Below are positions 18,027-28,139 of a DNA stretch of 64,000 bases, one piece after another. The notes beneath the pieces were generated by a model. It did no database searches, was not told the origin of the DNA, and saw only the letters and a list, made by a program, of their open reading frames with translations. Origin of the DNA: a virus; IMG/VR virus record IMGVR_UViG_3300032053_004772, positions 1-64,000 of that record; one strand, given 5' to 3'. Each line of letters starts with the position of its first letter. The stretch's first letter is position 1. The translations under genes and the position numbers were made by a program.

Positions 18027-18946
18027 AGATTCTAGTTACTGGTGGAGGCGGTTTTATCGGTTCGCATCTCGTGGATAAGCTTCTAGCTCGCGGCAACGAG
18101 GTGTTCGTATTCGATCGCTCTATTCCTCCGAAGCCTCAATTCGGTGTGAAAGATTGGGGTCATAAAAACTGGTGGTATGGAGATCTGCTAACTGCGGAAT
18201 CGGTGCTACAGTGTGTAGAGGAACACAATCCTGATGTGATCTATCACCTCGCTGCGATTGCAGACGTGAATGAGGTGTTCGCGAAACCGGTAGAAGCTAC
18301 TCGGGTGAATGTGTTGTGTACTCAGCACATTCTAGAGGCTGCTCGAGCGGTGAAAGCTCACGTGATCTACGCAAGTACGATCTGGGTTTACAGCGACACG
18401 ATCGAATCGTCTGTAGATGAGTCTTCTCCGATATCGTTTCCGAGTCATCCGTATACCGTTGGGAAGTACGCTGGAGAGATGCTATGTCACGCGTACTTAA
18501 AGACGTACAACGTTCCGTACACGATCCTGCGCTTCGGCATTCCGTACGGTCCTCGAGCTCGTTCAGCAGCTGTGATCCCTTCTTTCGTTGCTAAGGCGTT
18601 CTCTGGACAGAACATCTCTATTACGGGAGATGGTTCGCAGTGGAGAGAGTTTGTTTACGTTGAGGATCTCGCGGACGGATGCGTTGCTGCTTTACGCTCT
18701 GAAGCAGTGAATGAGGTCTTCAACCTCAGTGGATCCGAGCGAACAACGATCCGAGATCTTGCGTTAATGGTTCAACATCTTGCTCCTTCTCCAATTCAGG
18801 TGTTCTTTACGGAGAGTAGGGCAGCCGACTTTAGGGGTGTGAAGGTCAGTAACTTCAAAGCAGAGAGGTTGCTAGAGTGGAAACCTCACACACCGTTTGT
18901 TGAGGGATTGCAGAAGTACATTGACTGGTATCGCGAGACACTTTAA
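18023..18946 (+). CDS. NAD-dependent sugar epimerase/dehydratase
   Basis: TGGGGFIG, HLAA, YTVGK (YxxxK), YGP, FVYVED. Confidence 0.9.
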   Translation: MKILVTGGGGFIGSHLVDKLLARGNEVFVFDRSIPPKPQFGVKDWGHKNWWYGDLLTAESVLQCVEEHNPDVIYHLAAIADVNEVFAKPVEATRVNVLCTQHILEAARAVKAHVIYASTIWVYSDTIESSVDESSPISFPSHPYTVGKYAGEMLCHAYLKTYNVPYTILRFGIPYGPRARSAAVIPSFVAKAFSGQNISITGDGSQWREFVYVEDLADGCVAALRSEAVNEVFNLSGSERTTIRDLALMVQHLAPSPIQVFFTESRAADFRGVKVSNFKAERLLEWKPHTPFVEGLQKYIDWYRETL

Positions 18947-19827
18947 TGAAACTCGCGATTGTGTGTCGCGGTAATAGGCACTTTCTAGAGCCTCTTGAAA
19001 AACACTGGCGTCAGAAATACACTGTTGTAGAGGATCTGCAACTAGCTGATGTGGTCTATGTTGAGTGGGCAAACGAACAGTGCATTCGGGTTTCTCGAGA
19101 GGTTAACAAACGTAAGGTTGTCGTTCGAGTACTCGGCTCTGAGTACTATCAGTGGTTCTGGGCTAGATGCAATCGGGAGACGATTTACTCGTTTATCACA
19201 GAGAATCCTGAATGCGATCTATCGCCGTTTGACTCCGTGCACATTCCAGAGCCGATCAACACCGACTTCTGGATACCAACTGGTGACGCTGCAAAAAATA
19301 CCATAGTACATGTTGGTACTCTTGATCACAATAAAGGACAGTTGAACTTACTGCGAATTCTTGCTGAGAGATCTCGAGAATTTGACGAGGTACTGTTCGT
19401 AGGAAACTCGCAACCGAGAGATCCTGAGGGTGCTGTGAACGCTCGAAAGATTCTAACGCAGGTGATCTATCTAGCGAAAGACCTGCATCTTCTTAACGTT
19501 CGCTTCGTAGGACAGCTACCCCCCGATCGATTACGAGAGTTGTACAACTCTGCTCGAGTGGTAGTTAGTGTTTCGCAGAACGAGGGATGTCAGACCTCAG
19601 TGCAAGAGGCTTTGAGTTGCGGTCATAGTACGGTGTTGGTGCAAAACTGGATGGGTTCTCGGCAACTTTACCCTTCAGAGTGCATCTTCACAACCTCTTC
19701 GGAGTTCTGGAGGGTGATTGACCTGCCACAGCTTCGAAATCGACAGTGGGCTCTGGATCACTTCTCGTATCCGGTTGTTTTACCTAAATTAGACGCAGAA
19801 CTAGAGAGTGCGGCAAGCTGTTTATGA
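18946..19827 (+). CDS. GT-B (GT4-like) glycosyltransferase
   Basis: VGTLDHNKG, VRFVG, SQNEGCQTSVQEALSCG; resembles the C-domain of 14941..17040 (VEW motif). Confidence 0.75.
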   Translation: MKLAIVCRGNRHFLEPLEKHWRQKYTVVEDLQLADVVYVEWANEQCIRVSREVNKRKVVVRVLGSEYYQWFWARCNRETIYSFITENPECDLSPFDSVHIPEPINTDFWIPTGDAAKNTIVHVGTLDHNKGQLNLLRILAERSREFDEVLFVGNSQPRDPEGAVNARKILTQVIYLAKDLHLLNVRFVGQLPPDRLRELYNSARVVVSVSQNEGCQTSVQEALSCGHSTVLVQNWMGSRQLYPSECIFTTSSEFWRVIDLPQLRNRQWALDHFSYPVVLPKLDAELESAASCL

Positions 19828-21062
19828 AAATTGCGTTCTTGTACATGAACATAGGTAGTGGAGTGGGAGTCGGATCTGGCTACGTATTCGCATCGATTCC
19901 CGACGAGCACGAGCGACACTTCTTCAACGTACCTCAATATCAGACTGCGTACGAGACTACGAGGTGGCTGCTGATTTCGAACTACGATCTGGTGATGATC
20001 TCGACGTCTACACTATTCGCTCCGCTCGCATTTCAAATTGCAGTTGCTGTACACTCTCACGTTCCTGTACTGCTTGGTGGCATTCACGCGATTATCTTCG
20101 GAGGTGAGCTGCTCCGAGATCATCCAGAATTGGATTACGTCTGTACTGGAGAAGGAGAGACCTTCGTTCAAGAGTTTCTGAAGAAGTGGAAAACTCCAGA
20201 GTTCTTCGAGATTCCAGGATTAGCCTATCGTAAAGGCACAGAGATCGTAGTAAATCCTGAAGGACCTCTAGAAGATCTCTCGAAGCTTCCTGAGTTTCCG
20301 TGGAAGGCCTTTCCGAAGTTGATGAACGAGCGCGGATTCATCTACTTTCACGTTGCTCGCGGTTGTAGATTCGCTTGTACTTACTGCGGAAACAGCGTCT
20401 GTCTTCGGAAGTACGGTCGCGCATACTTGCGACAGCGTCCTATCTCGAAAGTGATCGAGGAGATGCAGCACTTTCGAGACACCTATCATCCGAAGTTGTT
20501 CTTCTTTGAAGTTGAGGAGATGTTCTCCGAGCTCGATTGGGCTACGGAACTCTTTCAGGCGGTGAAGGATCAGGTAGGCGTACCGTACGGATGTATGGCT
20601 CGTTCGGAGAGCTTGAACGCGGATCTAGTCTCTTTCATGAAACGAACCGGCTGTGAGTACGTTGGAATTGGTGTAGAGTGCGGTGATGAGGACTATCGTC
20701 GATCTGTGCTGAAGCGATTTACGACTACGCAGGAAATCCTGGAGTCCTTCCGGCTTTGTAATGAGGCCGGCTTCCTTACGACCAGTTACAACATGATCGG
20801 TTATCCTACCGAACGAGATGAAGAAATCTGCCGGACTACGATTGCACTGAATCGAGAGCTGAATCCTGGAATCTTTCAGGTGACGTGGTTCTATCCGTTT
20901 CCAGGAACGGTGCTCGGTGATTACTGTCGAGAGAACAATCTGATCGACTTGAACAAGATTGGTCAGATGCACACTTATCACGGACAGGGTTCCGTGCTGA
21001 AAATGCATGGCGCAAAGCCAGCGGATCCACACGAATACCTTCGGTCACTAGGAGGATGGTAG
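19824..21062 (+). CDS. cobalamin-binding radical SAM enzyme (class B methyltransferase-like)
   Basis: LGGIHA and GEGE (B12 domain), RGCRFACTYC, GVECG, MIGYP, PFPGT. Confidence 0.85.
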   Translation: MKIAFLYMNIGSGVGVGSGYVFASIPDEHERHFFNVPQYQTAYETTRWLLISNYDLVMISTSTLFAPLAFQIAVAVHSHVPVLLGGIHAIIFGGELLRDHPELDYVCTGEGETFVQEFLKKWKTPEFFEIPGLAYRKGTEIVVNPEGPLEDLSKLPEFPWKAFPKLMNERGFIYFHVARGCRFACTYCGNSVCLRKYGRAYLRQRPISKVIEEMQHFRDTYHPKLFFFEVEEMFSELDWATELFQAVKDQVGVPYGCMARSESLNADLVSFMKRTGCEYVGIGVECGDEDYRRSVLKRFTTTQEILESFRLCNEAGFLTTSYNMIGYPTERDEEICRTTIALNRELNPGIFQVTWFYPFPGTVLGDYCRENNLIDLNKIGQMHTYHGQGSVLKMHGAKPADPHEYLRSLGGW

Positions 21063-21959
21063 ATGGGTGATTTGATCACAATCGTGATCCCAACGTATAA
21101 CGAGCGAGAAGACATGCTCAGAAAAGCGATTGAGACGGTTCTCAATCAGACGTATCCGGACATCGAACTGATTCTGGTAGATGACGGATGTACCGATAAC
21201 ACTCCAGAGATTCTGCAGGAGTATGCGGTAAGAGATAGTCGCGTTCGGGTGTTTCGTAGAGAACGAGATTCGGCCTTTCGCTCAATTGCTCAAGCCTTCA
21301 ATATCGGTTTAGAGAACGCTCGCGGTAAATGGTGGCATCACGATGCCGCTGACTGTTGGCACGAGTTAGATTGGGCGAAACGCTGTATGGACTTCATCAG
21401 AGGACGTGAGAATGAGGTTCTAGGTGTTCATACCAACTGGTGGGTGCATCACTTCGACGGAACAGTAGAGTTCGTTAACACCGGAGAGCGTTGGAGAGGC
21501 GATTGGTCGACCTTCCAGAACTATCAAGTGTACGACTCCTTCGGTGGAATGCTGTTCCGGATGGACGTCGCTAAGAAAGCAGGTCTTTGGGATCCTCGCT
21601 TTCCTAGACACCAAACTCGTGAGTGGACGTACAGAGTGTTGCGTCAGGGAGATCACGTCTACCTTCCGAGAGCGTTGTGGCACTTTGTCTTTCACGAACC
21701 GGATCAGATGAAACGTCGCGCATCTGTGAAGTATCGGATTCTCGCAGATCTGAAGAACGGCATCGATCCGGAGTGCGACCTTAGGATCTCTCTCGGTTCT
21801 GAGGACGGACGTTACGCGGTACTGGATGCGTGTAGAGCATTCTTCACCGATCCAGTTTGGGAGCCAGAACGTTTATCTGGAGTTACGAAGGATAGAATGG
21901 ATCGCTTGTTAGCGGTCTGTAACGAGGAGGCGAGTGAGTCGTGGCACAAGCAACCCTGA
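21063..21959 (+). CDS. GT2 glycosyltransferase
   Basis: IVIPTYNE, LVDDGCTD, NIGLENARG. Confidence 0.85.
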   Translation: MGDLITIVIPTYNEREDMLRKAIETVLNQTYPDIELILVDDGCTDNTPEILQEYAVRDSRVRVFRRERDSAFRSIAQAFNIGLENARGKWWHHDAADCWHELDWAKRCMDFIRGRENEVLGVHTNWWVHHFDGTVEFVNTGERWRGDWSTFQNYQVYDSFGGMLFRMDVAKKAGLWDPRFPRHQTREWTYRVLRQGDHVYLPRALWHFVFHEPDQMKRRASVKYRILADLKNGIDPECDLRISLGSEDGRYAVLDACRAFFTDPVWEPERLSGVTKDRMDRLLAVCNEEASESWHKQP

Positions 21960-22363
21960 CCACTGTTGATTTACTCAAGCGCGATCTTCCGATGTTGAAG
22001 GATACTCCTGTCGGAGAAGCTGAACTTCAGAACAACATCGACGACGCTATCGATGTTGTCTACGACGACCTCTCAAAGTTCGTCGACTGGGATGAAGTCG
22101 AAGCTCTTTCAGCCGTTCCGCGTGTACTACAGCGTCTTGGACGCTATCAAGCAGCGATGCTTACGATCATCCGAAACTTTCACAGCGATGAGATCATGAT
22201 CGGAAGTGGTGAAGGCGAGAACTCCGTCTACAATCACTACAAGGGATTGTACACAAAGTTGCTCGAGCAGATCTCTTCCGGGGATATACGAATCCTTGAC
22301 GCAGAGAACGAGGAGTTGGAGCCGGAGGTACATCGACCACTCGGACCAGGGAGAATCATCTAA
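21941..22363 (+). CDS. head-tail connector / adaptor protein
   Basis: size, helical character and position at the start of the neck genes. Confidence 0.55.
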   Translation: MAQATLTTVDLLKRDLPMLKDTPVGEAELQNNIDDAIDVVYDDLSKFVDWDEVEALSAVPRVLQRLGRYQAAMLTIIRNFHSDEIMIGSGEGENSVYNHYKGLYTKLLEQISSGDIRILDAENEELEPEVHRPLGPGRII

Positions 22364-22825
22364 GTGGTCTCGGTTTCCGTAAACCTGAATGCTACTCCAG
22401 CGATGCTGAATTCGTTACGGAGTATTGTAACGAATCAACGTACGTACGGATTGTTTCGGAGCATGGCAAATCTGCTCTTTACAACGTGGTGGGCTGAGAC
22501 GTTTCGGAAGCAGGGTGCCCGGAGAGGCCATACTGCGTGGGTTCCTCTGAAGCCGGCGTACCAACGATGGAAGGTCGCTCATAAACGATCTCCGAAGATC
22601 ATGCAGTACTACGGACACTTACAACGTAGTGTTCAAATTCTTGAGGAGACCGCTACAACTCTTGTCTGGGGAACGAAGATTCCGTACTCTGAATATCATC
22701 AAGCTCCTACCGTGAAAGGACGACCCCCAAAACGCGAGTTAGTCTTCATCACAGATCAGGATACTCGCGAGATGGAGAGATTTATCGTAAAGTTCGCTGA
22801 GGCAATTCTGAACTCGAAGAGGTAA
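22364..22825 (+). CDS. virion morphogenesis / tail completion protein (Mu gpG-like)
   Basis: W.PL, G.L..S, GT..PY..YHQ, P.R motifs. Confidence 0.7.
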   Translation: MVSVSVNLNATPAMLNSLRSIVTNQRTYGLFRSMANLLFTTWWAETFRKQGARRGHTAWVPLKPAYQRWKVAHKRSPKIMQYYGHLQRSVQILEETATTLVWGTKIPYSEYHQAPTVKGRPPKRELVFITDQDTREMERFIVKFAEAILNSKR

Positions 22826-22828
22826 TCG

Positions 22829-23308
22829 ATGTCTAGTGCTACTCGTCGATGGATGGAAGATACGCTTACTACGGTCAAGGATTACTTTGATCGTTATCTC
22901 GATGTGAAGATCGATGTGATCGCGAACGAGCGTCAAGCTCAAGTTCCTCACATTCAGCACACTAACATCGGCGAGACAAAGACGATGGCGTTTCCTCGCA
23001 TCGAGCTTCTTCCTGATCGAACAGAGCATGATTACGGTTTTCCAAATCAGCCGCTGACTTATCCGTGGCTGAGTCATAACTTGGTCGTTTGGGTAGAGTA
23101 CTCGTCCGGGAGTCTGGAGTCGGTGAGATCGACACTGATGCGGATCGTTGAAGCGATTAACCGAATCACAGAGGACGATGATACGTATGGCGGACAGATT
23201 GTAGACGTCAGATTAGGTGTAGAGGACTACACACCGATGATGGAGGATCAAGAGAACAAGAAGATGATCCAGGGAGTATCTATTCAACTCACGTGTCGTA
23301 CACGTTGA
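22829..23308 (+). CDS. probable tail terminator protein
   Basis: position immediately before tail tube; size. Confidence 0.5.
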   Translation: MSSATRRWMEDTLTTVKDYFDRYLDVKIDVIANERQAQVPHIQHTNIGETKTMAFPRIELLPDRTEHDYGFPNQPLTYPWLSHNLVVWVEYSSGSLESVRSTLMRIVEAINRITEDDDTYGGQIVDVRLGVEDYTPMMEDQENKKMIQGVSIQLTCRTR

Positions 23309-23324
23309 GTAGGAGGAAAATAGG

Positions 23325-24605
23325 ATGCCCAGCATTAATAATATCAAGCTGACGGTTGGTGTAGAGGCAACCGCTGGTCTACCTGTTTCCCGATCCAAGG
23401 TCGTTCCGATCAGTGGTGTTGTGACCGTTGATCGTAAGGCGAACACGGGAGAAGACCCTGCGATCGTTGGAAACAACATGTCCACTGGCGAGTATATCCT
23501 CTTTGCTGACGTTGGCGGAGATATCCCGCTTACCGTACGACCTGTCGGCGGGTTTGCCATGTTAGTCAAATCTGCCCTCGGTTCGGAGGAAGCTGCTCCT
23601 AAGCAGATCGCGGGCTGTCTTCGGATTCGCTATACGGGCGCCTCAGCGAACTCGTATCTGAAAGCGACCGCACCGAGCTCTCTGATACACTACAAGGGTA
23701 CTAGGGGTGCCGAGACAGCGGACACCAACTTCGGTACCGGAGGTACCTTGACTCTGACCGGAACCCTTGGCGCGATCGTTGCCACGATCGAAGCGTATAC
23801 AGACATCGAGTGCGAGAAGGTGCTCGGTTTAGACTCTCTGGATATCGCTACTGCAGTGGTAGCGTTCGTTTCTAGGGAGTCGAAGAACACTTGGGCGTAC
23901 GTGTGGTTCACAGGTACGTCTGGTGCTTATCGTCACGTCTTCACTGCCAATATGACCAGTACCGAGCGGCCGACTCTCACGCTTCAGAAGGACGGTTACC
24001 AGGATAACTTCCTGTACGCAGGTTGCGTGGTAGATCAACTGAACATCTCAGGTGCTCTGAAGGCGATGATCGAGGGTTCTGCTTCGATTTTGGGGTTCAC
24101 GGAGACAGGTAGTCAGAATCCGAGTGCGTTGAACTTGGATGACTACGAGCCGTGTATCTTCTACAACGGAGACTTCTCTATCGGCGCTCACGAGTACAGC
24201 TACATCCGGAACTTCGAGTTGACCTTTCAGAACAACTCGAATCCGGACGGATACGGAGTCGGAACTCTGGATCGGCAGTATCATCAGAAGGGAATGACGG
24301 GTGTTACCGGAAACGTGAACGTTCGTCTGGACTCTAACTCCTTCGCTGAACGCGCGAAGATCTTCGCTAATACGAAGGTTGCTCTCGTGTTCTATATGAA
24401 GGGTGGTATCATCAACGCTACTGCAACCGTTCCGGAGTTGATTCTGATCGAGCTGCCGTACTGCAGTTTACAGACGTTCGACTTCGCAGAAAATGCGGGA
24501 GTGTTCGACGCTCAGATCGCGTTCCGGGCAGTGAAGCCCAAAGGTACGCTTTACAGTGAACCGATTACGATCACGATGCTGAACTCAGACGTGAGCGTGT
24601 ACTAA
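23325..24605 (+). CDS. major tail (tube) protein
   Basis: G.E...G N-terminus, YRHVFT, RPTLTLQK, YAGCVVDQL.I; strong RBS; inserted middle domain. Confidence 0.8.
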   Translation: MPSINNIKLTVGVEATAGLPVSRSKVVPISGVVTVDRKANTGEDPAIVGNNMSTGEYILFADVGGDIPLTVRPVGGFAMLVKSALGSEEAAPKQIAGCLRIRYTGASANSYLKATAPSSLIHYKGTRGAETADTNFGTGGTLTLTGTLGAIVATIEAYTDIECEKVLGLDSLDIATAVVAFVSRESKNTWAYVWFTGTSGAYRHVFTANMTSTERPTLTLQKDGYQDNFLYAGCVVDQLNISGALKAMIEGSASILGFTETGSQNPSALNLDDYEPCIFYNGDFSIGAHEYSYIRNFELTFQNNSNPDGYGVGTLDRQYHQKGMTGVTGNVNVRLDSNSFAERAKIFANTKVALVFYMKGGIINATATVPELILIELPYCSLQTFDFAENAGVFDAQIAFRAVKPKGTLYSEPITITMLNSDVSVY

Positions 24606-24631
24606 ATCCGCGATTCTAGGAGGATAGGGTA

Positions 24632-25102
24632 ATGGCGAGTTGGGAAGAGGAAGCCAGAAGGGTACAGAGGGAGAATAAGCGAGAGCTTACGTCCCTCAAA
24701 GGACACTGGGTCATCGTTCGGAAGTTCACGATCAAAGCGCAAGAGAAGTTGAACGCGATGCGTCAACTCGTTGACGTGGACGTAAAGGGTATTCCGAAAG
24801 TCAAGAAAGAGGGAGATCTGGCAGAGTTCATCGTGTTCGTCTTGAAGAACGGTGTTCTTGAGTCCAGTCTTAAGAAGACGGATGAAACTCCTGAGAGCTT
24901 TCAGGATGATGAGTTCTTGACTAAGCTGCTCGAGTACGCGGAAGTAGCGGATGAGATCTACATGTCCGTACTGGAGTTCAACCGCCCTTTAGAGAGGAAG
25001 AAAGACGAGTCCTCACAGACTGCGTCGAGTGGTTCTACCGAGGAACCCAATTCACCGCAGGACAAACCCTTCCCGACGGAACAGACCCAGGTAAAGAGTT
25101 AG
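24632..25102 (+). CDS. tail assembly chaperone (gpG-like)
   Basis: between tail tube and tape measure; contains a slippery heptamer. Confidence 0.75.
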   Translation: MASWEEEARRVQRENKRELTSLKGHWVIVRKFTIKAQEKLNAMRQLVDVDVKGIPKVKKEGDLAEFIVFVLKNGVLESSLKKTDETPESFQDDEFLTKLLEYAEVADEIYMSVLEFNRPLERKKDESSQTASSGSTEEPNSPQDKPFPTEQTQVKS

Positions 25103-25347
25103 CCAGGTGGCGTCCGTTCATCGTTGAATGTTCCCGATTTCTGGATAGTGAAGGCACGTTTCGGCACTGGAAGTATCCAGGACCGTATTCAAATCAACCC
25201 GCTGTAGATATGGAAGTCTACGACGTGATTCGGCTGAAACTGATTCAGTTGAAGAATGAGGACATTAAGAAGAAAATGCCCTCAGGTCACGGATTCACTC
25301 CTGTACATCGGACGCCTCCTCGGTTCTCCAGCAGACGACGGAGGTAG
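24985..25347 (+). CDS. -1 frameshift extension of tail chaperone (gpGT-like)
   Basis: C CCT TTA slippery site 24985-24991; -1 frame open to TAG 25345-25347 (…YPGPYSNQPAVDMEVYDVI…). Confidence 0.75.
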   Translation, partial: PFREEERRVLTDCVEWFYRGTQFTAGQTLPDGTDPGKELARWRPFIVECSRFLDSEGTFRHWKYPGPYSNQPAVDMEVYDVIRLKLIQLKNEDIKKKMPSGHGFTPVHRTPPRFSSRRRR

Positions 25348-25351
25348 CATC

Positions 25352-28129
25352 TTGGCTGTTCGGACCGGTGTTGACATAGAGCTAAGAACTCGCGATCTTG
25401 CTACACAAGACATAGGCAAGGTTGACAAGGGTCTTGAGAATCTGGCTAAGACCGGAACCCAGAAAACCGGCGTTCAGCTTGTAGCTGCCTTCGCAAAAGT
25501 AGGAGGTGCTATCGCTGGCGCCGGTTTTGCGTTAAAGAAGGCTTTCGATGCTGCTCAGTATACTGCTCAGGTTGGACAGATACAGATGGCTTTTGATTCC
25601 ATTACTACAAAGGCAGGTCAAGTATCTCGAGATGTTCTAAATTCGATGAGAGATATGTCTGCTGGGACAATCTCCTCGATGGATATGATGCTCTCAGCTA
25701 ACAGAGCATCACTGCTGGGTATTCCAGTCGATAAGTTTGACGATTTAATGAAAATTGCGAGAGCATCAGCTGCTGCTACTGGAGCTTCCGTGACTGATAT
25801 GTTCAACGACATCGTTGTCGGTATCGGTCGGTCTTCACCCATGATCTTGGATAACCTCGGTATCATCGTGAAGGAAGGAGAGGCCAACGAGAAGTGGGCG
25901 AAAGCGATGGGAAAGACTGTTCAGCAGATGACTGAGGTAGATAAGCGAGCGGCGTTACTGAACGCGGTTCTTGCACAGGGCGAGAGTATTATGGAACGCG
26001 TAGGTAAGGCCGGTCGTCAAGTAACGGATGCTCAGTTATTTCAGCAGATGACAGCAGCTGCAACTGATCTTACTGTTCAGATCGGCAAGCTTCCTCTTTT
26101 CTTCATTCGAGAGTTGCTTCCCGCAGCAACGCAGATCTTACGTACTCTCGCTGGATGGGGAGAAGCACTTGAAGCTGCAGCTAAAAAGGCGAAAGAAGTT
26201 GTTGTTGCTGTTGCACTGGAAACAATTCGAAAGGAATTCGTCCTTCCGACGTTTGAGTTTTTTGCGCTAGATCAAGATATTCGCAGTTACGGTGACAAGT
26301 TGAAGACACTATACCTAGATATGATCAAGACTGGCGCTAAGATGATCGATATTGAGACTGCTCATCGTGATGTAGTCAAACAAGTAATGGATCGGATCAA
26401 CAAGATTCTGAAGGATCAGCAAGAAATAGCGGCGATGGGTCCGGAGAACGTGAGACGTTTGAAGGATGAACTGAAGTATTTGGAAGGACAACTTGCGTTA
26501 AGAAACAAGGGCATCGCAGCCGCGAAAGCAGAGGCTGAAGCAACGGAGAGGACGCGGAAAGCGTTAGAGGCTCAAACTAAACTTCGAGAGCAACTTTCTA
26601 GTATCTACGGTAAGATGCTGGACTTCTATCCGGAAGAGATGCAGAAACTGCTTAAGTCGCGACAGCAGATCGAAGACAATATCTCTGATCTGAAGAACAT
26701 GCTACTAAAGCCGATACCTCCTGTCATTCAGAAGGCTATTGCGGAATCTCTAGGATTTCAAGAAAACGAGCTACGTCGAGTAATTGAGAGAATTGAGAGC
26801 ATGTACCTCTCAGGTGCTGCTTCCTTTGCAGATGCAGCGAAAGAGATTGAAAAAGGTCTGGGAGATATCATCGCCGGATTTCCGCAAGTCGACATGGCAC
26901 AGTTGATGGAGATGTCTGGTCTCGGGGGTGGTTTCGCTGCTATGGAACAGGCGATCATCGCCGGTATGCAGGGGAGAGAGATTAAGGTCTCTATTCCTGC
27001 TGGTGCTGTGAAGTTAGATCTGGACTTCGGCTTCCTGAAAACCCTTACGGACTCGTTGTACGACTTCGGAAACTTCTTCGTGAATCTTGGACCTGGTATC
27101 ACCGGGTTCTTTCAGTCGATGTGGACGGCTTTATCAAACCCAGTTCAGTTGCTGCTGAATATGGGTGACGCTGCGATCAACGGATTTCGAGCATTTACAG
27201 ATGCGTTGAAGAAGGGAGCGGAGAGTCTCGCGAACTTCGCCATTCAAGGATTGATGAAGTTCGGTCAGTGGATTTTGAACATGGTTATGTCTGCAGAGCC
27301 ATTACAGAAGGTGTTTACTGATCTCTCTGCGCTGATGCAAACCGTGATCAACGTAGCGATCGCTCCTCTGATCGAAGCCTTGAGTCCTGTGATCGAAATT
27401 ATTAAGGAGCTGTTCCTTACCCTCGGTTCGTACCTCATTCCAATCTTTCAGATCTTCGGTATGCTGATCAAGGCTTTAGAGCCGCTCTGGAAGGCGATCG
27501 CAAGCATATTAGGAGTCGTGTTTAAGATTCTCTGGCAACTTGCTCCCATCTTTGCGGTCGTTGCCCAGATTATCGGAAACGTGATAACACCTATCCTACA
27601 AATGCTAACTCCGATCCTGGAGATGATTTCTCAGTTGTTTACAGCCCTAATGCCTGTGATTGAGATCTTGCTGAAGGCGTTAGATATTCTCTCTCGTCCA
27701 GTGGAGATTGTCGGTTTGATCATCGGGTGGTTAGCGACGAAGTTGATCGCGCTCGGTCAGTTGCTCATTTACATCATCACTTTTCAGTGGGGGAAGATCA
27801 AGAACATCGATTGGGGGATGACTGTTGGTCAGTTATGGAACGCGATCAGTGACATCCTAACTCGTCCACTGGTAGATATTGGCGCGTATGAGACTGAGGT
27901 AACTCCAATTACTCTTCCGGAAGGTACTACTCCTGGAGGTGCAGCTCCCGGAAGTGAAACAACTGTTGAACGTGTACCTGATATTTACATCTATCAAACC
28001 TTCACTGGAAACGTGATTGGAGACGGTGGAATGGCTGCGGTTGGCAGATTTACAGCAGATGCCTTGCGAGTACATGCGGGTCTGGGTGGCGTGATTCATA
28101 TCGAAGAAGCGATCGTACCAATTGCCTAA
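25352..28129 (+). CDS. tape measure protein
   Basis: long helical protein, GIGRSSPMILDNLGI motif, amphipathic repeats; likely TTG start at 25352 after GGAGG (track start 25256 lacks an RBS). Confidence 0.85.
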   Translation: MAVRTGVDIELRTRDLATQDIGKVDKGLENLAKTGTQKTGVQLVAAFAKVGGAIAGAGFALKKAFDAAQYTAQVGQIQMAFDSITTKAGQVSRDVLNSMRDMSAGTISSMDMMLSANRASLLGIPVDKFDDLMKIARASAAATGASVTDMFNDIVVGIGRSSPMILDNLGIIVKEGEANEKWAKAMGKTVQQMTEVDKRAALLNAVLAQGESIMERVGKAGRQVTDAQLFQQMTAAATDLTVQIGKLPLFFIRELLPAATQILRTLAGWGEALEAAAKKAKEVVVAVALETIRKEFVLPTFEFFALDQDIRSYGDKLKTLYLDMIKTGAKMIDIETAHRDVVKQVMDRINKILKDQQEIAAMGPENVRRLKDELKYLEGQLALRNKGIAAAKAEAEATERTRKALEAQTKLREQLSSIYGKMLDFYPEEMQKLLKSRQQIEDNISDLKNMLLKPIPPVIQKAIAESLGFQENELRRVIERIESMYLSGAASFADAAKEIEKGLGDIIAGFPQVDMAQLMEMSGLGGGFAAMEQAIIAGMQGREIKVSIPAGAVKLDLDFGFLKTLTDSLYDFGNFFVNLGPGITGFFQSMWTALSNPVQLLLNMGDAAINGFRAFTDALKKGAESLANFAIQGLMKFGQWILNMVMSAEPLQKVFTDLSALMQTVINVAIAPLIEALSPVIEIIKELFLTLGSYLIPIFQIFGMLIKALEPLWKAIASILGVVFKILWQLAPIFAVVAQIIGNVITPILQMLTPILEMISQLFTALMPVIEILLKALDILSRPVEIVGLIIGWLATKLIALGQLLIYIITFQWGKIKNIDWGMTVGQLWNAISDILTRPLVDIGAYETEVTPITLPEGTTPGGAAPGSETTVERVPDIYIYQTFTGNVIGDGGMAAVGRFTADALRVHAGLGGVIHIEEAIVPIA

Positions 28130-28139
28130 GGAGTAGATA

